Shown one piece after another: positions 7,426 to 15,585 of a DNA stretch of 64,000 bases. The translations under genes were made by a program, and so were the position numbers. The stretch is taken from positions 219 through 64,218 of the forward strand of contig JADEZP010000001.1 in NCBI GenBank assembly GCA_015206805.1, written 5' to 3'. Position 1 is the stretch's first letter. The number at the start of each line of letters is the position of its first letter. The notes under the pieces were generated by a model, which saw nothing but the letters and a program-made list of their open reading frames with translations, had not been told where the DNA came from and made no database searches. The stretch comes from Quinella sp. 1Q7. GTDB lineage: Bacteria > Bacillota > Negativicutes > Selenomonadales > Selenomonadaceae.

Positions 7426-9185
7426 TTTTTGGCGGCGCGTTCAGCTTCAGCCTTGTGGAGTTTGTCGGCGGCTTTAGGGTCGATTTTTTCCAGATACGTC
7501 AGCGGGACGATGTGCGGATTTTTTTTCGACAGCACGTAGCACTTGCGATAACTTTCGGTCGCGGCGTCGACGTTGCCCTGCTCGTCGAAAATGTCGCCCT
7601 GCAAACGGTAAGCAATGGGATTTTTTTCATCGACGGCAAGTGCGCGATTGATATCCTCCAGCGCAAGGTCGACTTCGCCGCGCATGTGCCGAACGTCCGC
7701 GCGATTCAGGAAGTTGTAAAGATTTTTCGGATCCTGCGCGACGGCGGTATCAACGTCGGCAAGCGCACCGTCATAGTCGCCGCAAATCGCCTTCGCCCGC
7801 CCGCGAATCGCCAAGCACTCGGCAAGGTCGTCTTGATTCGCCGCACGCATCGCCCGTTCAATTTCGACAAGCGCAAGTTCGCCCTGCCCGTGGTCGTTGT
7901 AAATGTCGGCGTTGACGCGCAGTTGAGTAGCCGCCTTAGCTTTGGCGGTGTCGGCGTCGACACGAACTTTAGCCCAACGCTCCTCACGCGCCGCGTCAGC
8001 CTCATGAATCCGTTGACGCGTGCGGGGGCTTTCGTATTTGTAGGCAAGCTCAACCAGCGTCTGAATCTTGTCGCCCAGATTGTACAGCGCGGAAAGTTCG
8101 CGCACCTCGCGGTAGGCAAAATCGTCCGTCAAAAAATCCGTCTGATTGCCGACGCGCCGAAAGTTCCAGCCGTCAATCGTGTCGTGGTCGTGAAAAGCCT
8201 TCGACAGTCCGCCCGCGAAGTAGTAGGCGTTGACGGCGGCACTCGACGGGTCGTCGCCGATGTTGACGCTGAAAAAAATTTCTCGCCCGTCAATGAACAC
8301 GCGGTAAGCGCGGTCAGCCTTGCGCACGGTCACATGTCCGCCGCCGTAGTTCGTCATCATCTCAAGCAGTTTCGCCTCGCGACGGTCAGTTTCGGGGTGG
8401 TCGCTGAAAGTTTCGTCGCCGCTCACGTCGTGAATGTCGAATTCCAAAACGTCCGTCGTCTCGTAGCGCACGTAATAATCGAGCCGATTCATAGCCGCCG
8501 CGCCGCCGCCGGGATTGAAGCCCGCGCTTGTCATAATGTAAAAGCCGCCCTCGTCCGCCGCGTATTCGGCAGGCACGCCGATATTTTTGGCGATTGAGTA
8601 ATCGACCATTGCGGGAAGTTTGCCCCAATCGATGTGCGACGTGCGGCTGTTGTCATCGATGTTGGCGGCAAGAACCATTGCGCCGAGCTGTTGAGCGACT
8701 GCCTGCGCGTAACTTTTGGCGGAATGTTGCTCAATGCCGTGCGTCATTTCATGGGCAAGGACGGCGGCAAGTTGGTTTTCGTCGCAGTGAAGTCCGCGCA
8801 CAAGTCCGCGATTGACGCTGATATAATTCATGGGGTAGCAGGCGGCGTTGAACTTTTCGCTGTCGTTGACGCTCCAAACGAACGGCAGGGAATTCACGCG
8901 CAGTTCATATTGCCCGTCGCGAACGAGCCGCGTCATAACGGAATCGACAACCTCAACGTCGCGCTTGTTGGCGTCAACGCCGTTGTGCTCCATATCTTGC
9001 TTGCGAATCGCCATTTGCGCGTTGACGTTGTTGCCGAGCTTGAGCATTTGCCGCAATGTCGACTGATACGCCGCCAAAACTCCGAGAGCCTCCGCCGCGA
9101 CAGCCCACGCGTCCGCCGCAAAAACTTGCACGGGATTGAGCAGCGTCGCAACCGTCAGCAACATCACGATAAAAAATTTTTTCAT
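7395..9185 (-). CDS. secreted M48-family zinc metallopeptidase with C-terminal TPR repeats
   Basis: Signal peptide MKKFFIVMLLTVATLLNPVQVFA. HEMTH zinc motif (LAHEMTHGIEQH). C-terminal TPR-like repeats. The ORF track begins 4 codons earlier at a TTG; the ATG at 9185 is preferred. Confidence 0.8.
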   Translation of the reverse strand: MKKFFIVMLLTVATLLNPVQVFAADAWAVAAEALGVLAAYQSTLRQMLKLGNNVNAQMAIRKQDMEHNGVDANKRDVEVVDSVMTRLVRDGQYELRVNSLPFVWSVNDSEKFNAACYPMNYISVNRGLVRGLHCDENQLAAVLAHEMTHGIEQHSAKSYAQAVAQQLGAMVLAANIDDNSRTSHIDWGKLPAMVDYSIAKNIGVPAEYAADEGGFYIMTSAGFNPGGGAAAMNRLDYYVRYETTDVLEFDIHDVSGDETFSDHPETDRREAKLLEMMTNYGGGHVTVRKADRAYRVFIDGREIFFSVNIGDDPSSAAVNAYYFAGGLSKAFHDHDTIDGWNFRRVGNQTDFLTDDFAYREVRELSALYNLGDKIQTLVELAYKYESPRTRQRIHEADAAREERWAKVRVDADTAKAKAATQLRVNADIYNDHGQGELALVEIERAMRAANQDDLAECLAIRGRAKAICGDYDGALADVDTAVAQDPKNLYNFLNRADVRHMRGEVDLALEDINRALAVDEKNPIAYRLQGDIFDEQGNVDAATESYRKCYVLSKKNPHIVPLTYLEKIDPKAADKLHKAEAERAAKNSADKSTDDA

Positions 9186-9243
9186 GTCAATCACCAAGCG
9201 AAGTATATCACGAACGCCGCGCCCGACAAAATTTTTCAGCGCA

Positions 9244-9280
9244 CAAAAAAATTCCCCGACCGTCGCAATGACAATCGGGG
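9244..9280 (-). terminator. bidirectional-type intrinsic terminator after fabK
   Basis: A-run, then CCCCGA...TCGGGG hairpin (9254-9280), then T-run. On the minus strand the hairpin is followed by U7. Confidence 0.6.
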
Positions 9281-9298
9281 ATTTTTAAGTTGCGTTTG

Positions 9299-10249
9299 TT
9301 ATGGCTGATAAACCTCCTCCGCTTCCGTGACGAGGCGGCGAATAATTTCTTTGGCGGGCAAAATTTCTTCGATACGCGGCATGAATTCGCCCGTGAAGAC
9401 CAAGCCCGTTTCCAAGTCGCCTTGTTGAGCACGCGTCAGTGCGCGGACGATGCAGAAATTGTGTTTGCACGCTTTCAGGCACGAGTCGCAGGTTTTGGGC
9501 GGGACGTTGCCTTCCATCACGCGCTTTGAAAACGGCGTGCGAACGGCTCTGCCGGGCAAACCGACGGGGCTGTTTATGACGACGACATCTTCGGGCTTCG
9601 ACTTGAGATAATAATTTTTGAGCGAGGGCGCGCCGTTTGATTCGAGACTTGCCGCGAAACGTGAGCCCATTTGCACGCCGTCGGCACCGAGTTTGAGCAC
9701 GTCGACGATGTCTTTGCCCGTGAGCACGCCGCCTGCCGCAATGACCGGAATTTTCACGGCGGCACGAATCGGCGCAATCAGTTCGCGGACGGAAATATCT
9801 GTGCCGAGGTGACCGCCCGCCTCCTTGCCTTCAACGACGACAGCCGCCGCGCCGAGTTTTTCCGAGATCTTCGCCAGCTTAACAGAGGAAACAATCGGGA
9901 CAATCGGCGTGCCGGAAGCTCTGCCCAGCCCGAAAATATCGCGTGAAAACCCCGCGCCCGCAACGATTAAATCGATGCCCGCGTCCATTGCCGTATGAAC
10001 AATCCCCGCGAAATCGCTTGCCGCGACCATGATGTTTATGCCGATTATGCCGTCGGTTAGGGAGCGCGCCAATTTAATTTCGTAGCGCAATTCGTCGTGA
10101 GCCATGCCCGACGCCGCGATAAGTCCGATGCCGCCTTCGTTGGCGACAGCCGCCGCAAGCCGCGCCGTTGACAGGCGAATCGCCATGCCGCCCTGCACGA
10201 TTGGGATTTTTGCTGTTTTCGTTCCTATTGTAAGTTTCGGAAGTTTCAC
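9299..10249 (-). CDS. fabK: enoyl-[acyl-carrier-protein] reductase II (FMN-dependent, NPD family)
   Basis: 316 aa. IVQGGMA and GADGVQMGSRF motifs of the nitronate monooxygenase/FabK fold. Located next to acpP and fabG. Confidence 0.8.
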   Translation of the reverse strand: MKLPKLTIGTKTAKIPIVQGGMAIRLSTARLAAAVANEGGIGLIAASGMAHDELRYEIKLARSLTDGIIGINIMVAASDFAGIVHTAMDAGIDLIVAGAGFSRDIFGLGRASGTPIVPIVSSVKLAKISEKLGAAAVVVEGKEAGGHLGTDISVRELIAPIRAAVKIPVIAAGGVLTGKDIVDVLKLGADGVQMGSRFAASLESNGAPSLKNYYLKSKPEDVVVINSPVGLPGRAVRTPFSKRVMEGNVPPKTCDSCLKACKHNFCIVRALTRAQQGDLETGLVFTGEFMPRIEEILPAKEIIRRLVTEAEEVYQP

Positions 10250-10261
10250 GGATAATCCTCT

Positions 10262-10339
10262 CCAAAAAGGTATTAGGTATCAGGTATCAGGCATCAGATT
10301 TTAGCCCTAATACCTAATCCCTAATACCTAATCCCTGAA
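10262..10339 (-). terminator. imperfect long hairpin plus U-run built from tandem heptamers (acpP attenuator/terminator)
   Basis: The arms are tandem heptamers: GGTATTA GGTATCA GGTATCA GGCATCA versus CCTAATA CCTAATC CCTAATA CCTAATC. On the minus strand GGUAUUAGG pairs with CCUAAUACC, followed by UUUUU. Confidence 0.45.
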
Positions 10340-10576
10340 TCAAGCGTTGGTTTCTCCGTCTATGTACTTAACGACATCTTCCACAGTCTTGATTTTTTCG
10401 GCCTTCTCGTCGGGAATTTCGATGTTGAATTCTTCCTCGAACGCCATGATAAGTTCGACTATGTCCAGAGAGTCTGCACCGAGGTCGTCGACGAAGGTTG
10501 AGCTCATTTGAATTTCGTCCTCTTCGACTCCAAGCTGCTCTTTGACGATTTTTTTAACCTGATCAAACGTTGACAC
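10340..10576 (-). CDS. acpP: acyl carrier protein
   Basis: 78 aa with the [19 protein letters not shown] phosphopantetheine-attachment motif. Confidence 0.95.
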   Translation of the reverse strand: MSTFDQVKKIVKEQLGVEEDEIQMSSTFVDDLGADSLDIVELIMAFEEEFNIEIPDEKAEKIKTVEDVVKYIDGETNA

Positions 10577-10603
10577 TTACAGTCACCTCCTTTCAAAGCC
10601 GCG

Positions 10604-11362
10604 TCACATGACCATGCCGCCGTCAACCGACAGAACTTGACCGGTAATGTACGCCGCCTGATCCGATACCAAGAACGCCACTGCATTGGCAACGTCTTCG
10701 GGAGTGCCCATCCTGCCCGCAGGTATCTCTTGCAACATAACTTCCTTGACCTTTTCGCTTAGCGCGGCAGTCATATCGGTGTTGATAAGTCCGGGCGCGA
10801 CCGCGTTGACCGTGACGCCACGCGAAGCAAGTTCTCTTGCCGCCGTCTTCGTGAAGCCGATAATGCCCGCCTTTGCCGCCGCGTAGTTTGCTTGGCTGAT
10901 GTTGCCTTTGAGCCCGACGACGCTGGACATATTGACGATACGACCGCCGCGTTGTTTCATCATCAGCCGCGTGACGGCTTTGGTGCAGTTGAAGACGCCC
11001 TTCAAGTTTGTGGCGATAACTCTGTCGAAGTCGTCTTCACTCATCTTGAGCAGGAGATTGTCGCGGGTGATGCCGGCGTTGTTAATCAGAATGTCCAATC
11101 GACCCCACGCGTCGACGACCTGCTTGACAAGCGAGTTGACTGTCTCGAAATTCGACACGTCGCCTTGAACGAGCATTGCCGTGCCGCCCGCCGATTCGAT
11201 TTCGTTGCGGACCGATTCGGCTTTGGAACTGTTGCTTGCGAAATTCAACGCGACCTTTGCTCCGTCGAATGCAAGCCGCAGTGCAATGGCTCGACCGATA
11301 CCGCGTGAAGCACCCGTCACGAACGCAACTTTGCCCGCCAAAATTTTTTCCGTCGCACTCAT
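10604..11362 (-). CDS. fabG: 3-oxoacyl-[ACP] reductase
   Basis: SDR with TGASRGIGRAIA, NNAG and YAAAKAG motifs. Start moved to the ATG at 11362 (MSATEKIL) behind a GGGAGG SD; the ORF track extends 28 codons upstream. Confidence 0.9.
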   Translation of the reverse strand: MSATEKILAGKVAFVTGASRGIGRAIALRLAFDGAKVALNFASNSSKAESVRNEIESAGGTAMLVQGDVSNFETVNSLVKQVVDAWGRLDILINNAGITRDNLLLKMSEDDFDRVIATNLKGVFNCTKAVTRLMMKQRGGRIVNMSSVVGLKGNISQANYAAAKAGIIGFTKTAARELASRGVTVNAVAPGLINTDMTAALSEKVKEVMLQEIPAGRMGTPEDVANAVAFLVSDQAAYITGQVLSVDGGMVM

Positions 11363-11513
11363 TACAACCTTTCGCCTCCCGTTTGCAGAATATAACACAA
11401 AGATTTTCGCTTGTCTACAATTTTCGGTTGAGAGCTTGACGCGCAATTAGACTGCGCCCGCAGTATGTGCTATCATTGGCGCATTAATTTTATCTGCGCG
11501 GGAGAAAATTTTT

Positions 11514-12935
11514 ATGAGCATCGTCGACAACATCAAGCGCAAATGCAACGGCTTCGGAATTTCCACGAAAATAACGTTCGCTTACAGTGCGTGCTTCATA
11601 ATACTGTTGCTGATAATCAACGCGGCAATGTGGTTCGGCGTAATGGACGCGCTGTACAGTCCCGCCGAAAAAACTATCCGATTCAGCATGAAACGCGTTG
11701 AGCAAGCCCTTGACGCGCTGGAGACGAATTACGACGGCTACAGCCCGCTTGCCTTTCGCGGCGCACTTGTCGCGGGAGTGGTTTTGCGCGTCGTCGACGA
11801 GAGCGGCGAAATTTTAATCGACACCGACGAAACTTATCCGTCAATCGAAATGTTCAACGCGGCAATTTTGCTCGACCCGCCGATTTTTGCCGACCGCGAA
11901 TTTGAAATTGCACGACTCGGCTCCGCGCTGGTTTATTGCGCCAAAATGAATTACGTGCGCGAAGGACAAAACTTCACGCTGTATTTTTTCCGCACGATAA
12001 CTTCCGAACTGACACTGCTGGACAATTTGGCGAAACTGCTTATCGGGCTTGACGTGCTGGGAATTTTAATCGCGCTCGTCGTCGGACGTTTCGTCAGCCG
12101 AAAAGTTTTGACTCCGATAAAAACCATGAACGAACTTGCCCGTGAAATCGCCTTCGAGAAAATGGGCGGACGAATTCCCCTGCGCACGGCGGACGACGAA
12201 CTTAACGAACTTGCCAAAACGCTCAACGAGATGCTTGACCGACTGCAGGGCGGCATAAAAAAGCAACAGAAATTTGTTTCCGACGCATCGCACGAACTGC
12301 GCACGCCCGCCGCCGTCATCAAAGGCTACATCGAATTCATTGAGAGCTACGGCACGGCGGACGAGGCTTTGCTCAAGGAGAATCTTAAAGTTATCGGCTC
12401 CGAAGCCAAAAATATGCAGGACTTGCTGGAAAATCTTTTGTTCCTGTCGCGCACGGATCAGAATCGTCAGCGGCTCAACAAAAAAATTCTCGACCTTGAC
12501 GACATTGTCGGCGACGTTATGAGCAAAATGCGCACCGTCGTCAAGACGCACAATGTCGAACTCGTCAGCAACCCGCCCGCGAAAATTTTCGGCGACGAAA
12601 CGACGATTCGGCAGATGATTAGAATTTTTCTTGACAACGCCGTCAAATACACGCCCGCAGGCGGCAGTATCAGCGTCGCGTCGAAAATCGTCGGCGGGAA
12701 AATTTTGTTGAGCATTTCGGATTCGGGCATCGGTATCGCGCCGGAAAATCGCCCAAAAATTTTCGACCGCTTTTTCCGAATCGACAGCGAAGATTTGGTC
12801 AGTGAGGCGAACGGCAGCGGATTGGGCTTATCAATCGCGAAATGGATTGCCGACAGCCACGGTATCACAATCGACGTCGACAGCGCGCTCGGCAAGGGCA
12901 CGACCTTCACGCTGAATATCCCGCTGAATTCGTGA
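11514..12935 (+). CDS. sensor histidine kinase (2 TM, HAMP, HisKA, HATPase_c); no adjacent response regulator
   Basis: 473 aa. H-box SDASHELRTP. N/G boxes DNAVKYT, DSGIGI and GSGLGLSI. GGGAG SD. Confidence 0.9.
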   Translation: MSIVDNIKRKCNGFGISTKITFAYSACFIILLLIINAAMWFGVMDALYSPAEKTIRFSMKRVEQALDALETNYDGYSPLAFRGALVAGVVLRVVDESGEILIDTDETYPSIEMFNAAILLDPPIFADREFEIARLGSALVYCAKMNYVREGQNFTLYFFRTITSELTLLDNLAKLLIGLDVLGILIALVVGRFVSRKVLTPIKTMNELAREIAFEKMGGRIPLRTADDELNELAKTLNEMLDRLQGGIKKQQKFVSDASHELRTPAAVIKGYIEFIESYGTADEALLKENLKVIGSEAKNMQDLLENLLFLSRTDQNRQRLNKKILDLDDIVGDVMSKMRTVVKTHNVELVSNPPAKIFGDETTIRQMIRIFLDNAVKYTPAGGSISVASKIVGGKILLSISDSGIGIAPENRPKIFDRFFRIDSEDLVSEANGSGLGLSIAKWIADSHGITIDVDSALGKGTTFTLNIPLNS

Positions 12936-12950
12936 AAGGAGACGTTTTAT

Positions 12951-13567
12951 TTGCTTGAAATATTTTTGTCGCCGCGCTGAAAAGTTCACCATTGCTCGCG
13001 CCCGCGTGGAAAATTTTTGATAAGTCGTTGACGCGCACATCGGAGGCGGCTTACTCGACGATTGACGCCGCAGAATTTTTCTGTAAGCGATAATGTCGGG
13101 GACGCGGGCTTGACGAGCGGTTTGAGCGGCGTCGATATGACAAGCGACAATATCAAGGATTTGCAGAACAGCATTGCAAAACTTTTGTCGGGCGTGGAGT
13201 CGGCGTTTGTCACGTCGCTCGTCGGAATTTTTTTCGGGCTCGTTTACAGCGTCGCGCACCACAAATTGATTGTCGCGCTCCACGATAAAATTGCTCAACT
13301 GACTGACGCGCTCGACGAAAAATTTCCGCGCCGTTCCGCCGAAGATTGGCTGTCGAAAAATTTTTCCGAGGCTCAAACGCAATCGGCGGAATTTTTTCGG
13401 ACAGGGTTGGTGCACAAATGGATCGATTTTCAGCCGCGCTCGACAGATTTTCCGATACCATTGCTCAAAAGTTGTCGGACGCGCAAAAAATTTTCGACAC
13501 CACAATTGCGACCATGAAAGCCGCCGCTGACGCCAACGCCGCGCAAGTTACACGTATCGTCGAAAAT
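12951..13567 (+). pseudogene. MotA/ExbB-like (ZorA-like) remnant, multiply frame-disrupted and far too short
   Basis: AAGGAG SD directly after the kinase stop. Only the last MotA/ExbB-type TM helix (GVESAFVTSLVGIFFGLVYSV) and a short coiled-coil (AQMDRFSAALDRFSDTIAQKL...) remain. The reading frame changes 3>2>3>2 at T5/T6 runs (12963-67, 13076-80, 13392-97). Confidence 0.5.
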
Positions 13568-14266
13568 ATGAACGCCGCCGCCTGTAATAACGCCGTGCCC
13601 GATACGTTCACTGTCAGTATCAGCGACTTGATGTCGGGCTTATTGGCGATTTTTATTCTGGTGCTGTCGTATTTTATTTTGAACTTCACGCAGGCGACCG
13701 CGCAACTCACGCAAAACGACATCACGCGGGCGGAGCTGTTGCACTTCATGCAACGCGAACTTGAGCGCGAAGGAATCAAAGTCACCGTCGACGACCGCCA
13801 CGGCATATTGCGCATTGCGGAGGACGTACTGTTCGACGTGGGGCTTGCCGACGTGAAGCCGCAAGGTCAAATCGTCATACAAAAATTATCCGCAGTGCTT
13901 GCCGTCGCGCTGGAGGCTGAACAATTCAAAGGGCGCGTCGAAACGATTTTCATTGAAGGGCACACGGACAACGTCCCGATAAGCAACGGCGTGTTCCCGT
14001 CGAATTGGGAGCTGTCGGCGAAGCGGGCGATAAACACTTGGCTGACGATGAGCGGCGCGAATCCGCAACTTACGGCACTGCGCAACGATAAGGACGAAAT
14101 GATTTTTTCGGTGAGCGGTTACGCGGACACTCGACCAATCGCGGCGAACACGTCGGAGGCAGGACGCGGCGACAATCGGCGAATCGACATCCGATTTTCA
14201 ATGGCACCGCCGACCGAAGCGAATATGAGCATTGTTAAATTTGTTCGCAAGGAGTTGGCACAATGA
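13568..14266 (+). CDS. MotB/OmpA-family stator-like protein (ZorB-like)
   Basis: TM helix with conserved Asp (SISDLMSGLLAIFILVL). OmpA-like peptidoglycan-binding domain (FDVGLADVKPQG, IEGHTDNVPI, SNWELSAKRA, GYADTRPIA, NRRIDIRF). The ORF is open back to 13346, so the true start is uncertain. Confidence 0.7.
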   Translation: MNAAACNNAVPDTFTVSISDLMSGLLAIFILVLSYFILNFTQATAQLTQNDITRAELLHFMQRELEREGIKVTVDDRHGILRIAEDVLFDVGLADVKPQGQIVIQKLSAVLAVALEAEQFKGRVETIFIEGHTDNVPISNGVFPSNWELSAKRAINTWLTMSGANPQLTALRNDKDEMIFSVSGYADTRPIAANTSEAGRGDNRRIDIRFSMAPPTEANMSIVKFVRKELAQ

Positions 14267-15422
14267 GCCTGCGTGAATCGATTGACGACATGCGCGGCGT
14301 TGCGAAACGTTTGGAGGCGGCGACGTTTGCTCCCGACATGAACGCGCTGAAAATTTTCGTCGACAAGCTCGGCACCTTCGGCAAGCCCGTCGAAGTGAAT
14401 CCGGAGGACTTGAAAATTTTGGCGGCGAAATTTCTGCGCGGCGAACGGAATTTTTCGCGGCGTGAGCTGAAAAATTTGCCGTACATAATTTACGACGACG
14501 CGATTAATTTTGACGGCGCGAAAGAAATTCTGCGGCTTATGGATTTTACGTCGGCAAGTCATTTGCGGCGCGTGGTGAGCGTTTACCTTACGAATTACGA
14601 CGACTCGAACAAAACCGAACTTTTGCGGCGGAGTCTGAACGTTCTGCGCGGCGTCGACAATGTGCGGTTGCGGAAAATTTTTTCGGCGCGTGAAGAAATT
14701 TTTGGCGACAATCGCTTTGCGAACATGACGCGACTTTTCGCGCGGACAATGAGCGTCAACGGCGGCGCATTCGGAGAACTCGGCTTGGGCGACTACTTCA
14801 AGACCGCGAAGTTCATTCAAGCCGCGCTGACGAATTTTTTCCGCGCCGACGTGCCGCTTGAGGTGCAGTTCAAAATTCCGGACGAACTCGACGCCGAATA
14901 CGACACCTACCGAAATATTTTCGCCGCCGTTGCCGACTCGCTGATTCTGACCGTCGCCCGCGCAGGTGTCGGCAAGCGGAAATGTCTGACAATTTTTTAT
15001 AATCGGCTGGGCGATCCGCGTTTCGGCAACGGACGTTTTGCGTGGAATGAAGTTTCGGCGCGGGCTCGCGAAATTTTTCAGCGTTGGCTTGCCGAAGACG
15101 ACTTGAGGATTTTTTTTGAAATTATCCGCGGCTCGGCAGTCAGGCGCGGAAAATTGCCCGTCGCCTTGAAGACAAGCGCACTCACGGCGCGTTGCTCGGC
15201 AAATTGGACGCGGACAAAAGCGGCTTCCTTTTCCAAATCGGCGGCTTTATTTTCGCCGAATGGAGCCACGACGGCGCGTTGAGAGTTTATCCCGCGCGGC
15301 GCGTGCAAAATTGGAGCAATTTTTACAAGTCGGACATGATGGGCGTGCCCGTCGATTATCGGCAAGTTCATATCGGCGCGTGGCAAGCTAAAGTTCGCGC
15401 GTGGATTCAACGGAATTGTTGA
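14263..15422 (+). pseudogene. EH_Signature-like (ZorC-like) protein, frameshifted near 15121-15150
   Basis: ATGA overlap with the preceding gene. LGDPRFG..W..VSARAREIFQRWLAEDDLRIFFEII in frame 1 continues in frame 3 as ...FLFQIGGFIFAEWSHDGALRVY...WQAKVRAWI. Family assignment is from memory of ZorC/EH-signature proteins. Confidence 0.5.
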
Positions 15423-15585
15423 GGATGCTTTAATCGTGACGATGTGGCTTGAGCGTGCGGACGGATTTTTTTTCCGCGCAGTGAAATTTCGGCAGAAGGG
15501 ACGTTGCATCCTGCCGGTATGTCCCGCAACGTTGCGACAACCGTAATTCGTATCGTTCCCAAATGTTTTGATTGAGGCAACCGCA

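Noticed and set aside
6113-9308. Plus-strand ORFs 6113..7078, 7455..8597 and 8634..9308.
   Set aside because: They are antisense to the DegT-family aminotransferase and the M48/TPR peptidase. The translations are non-protein-like.
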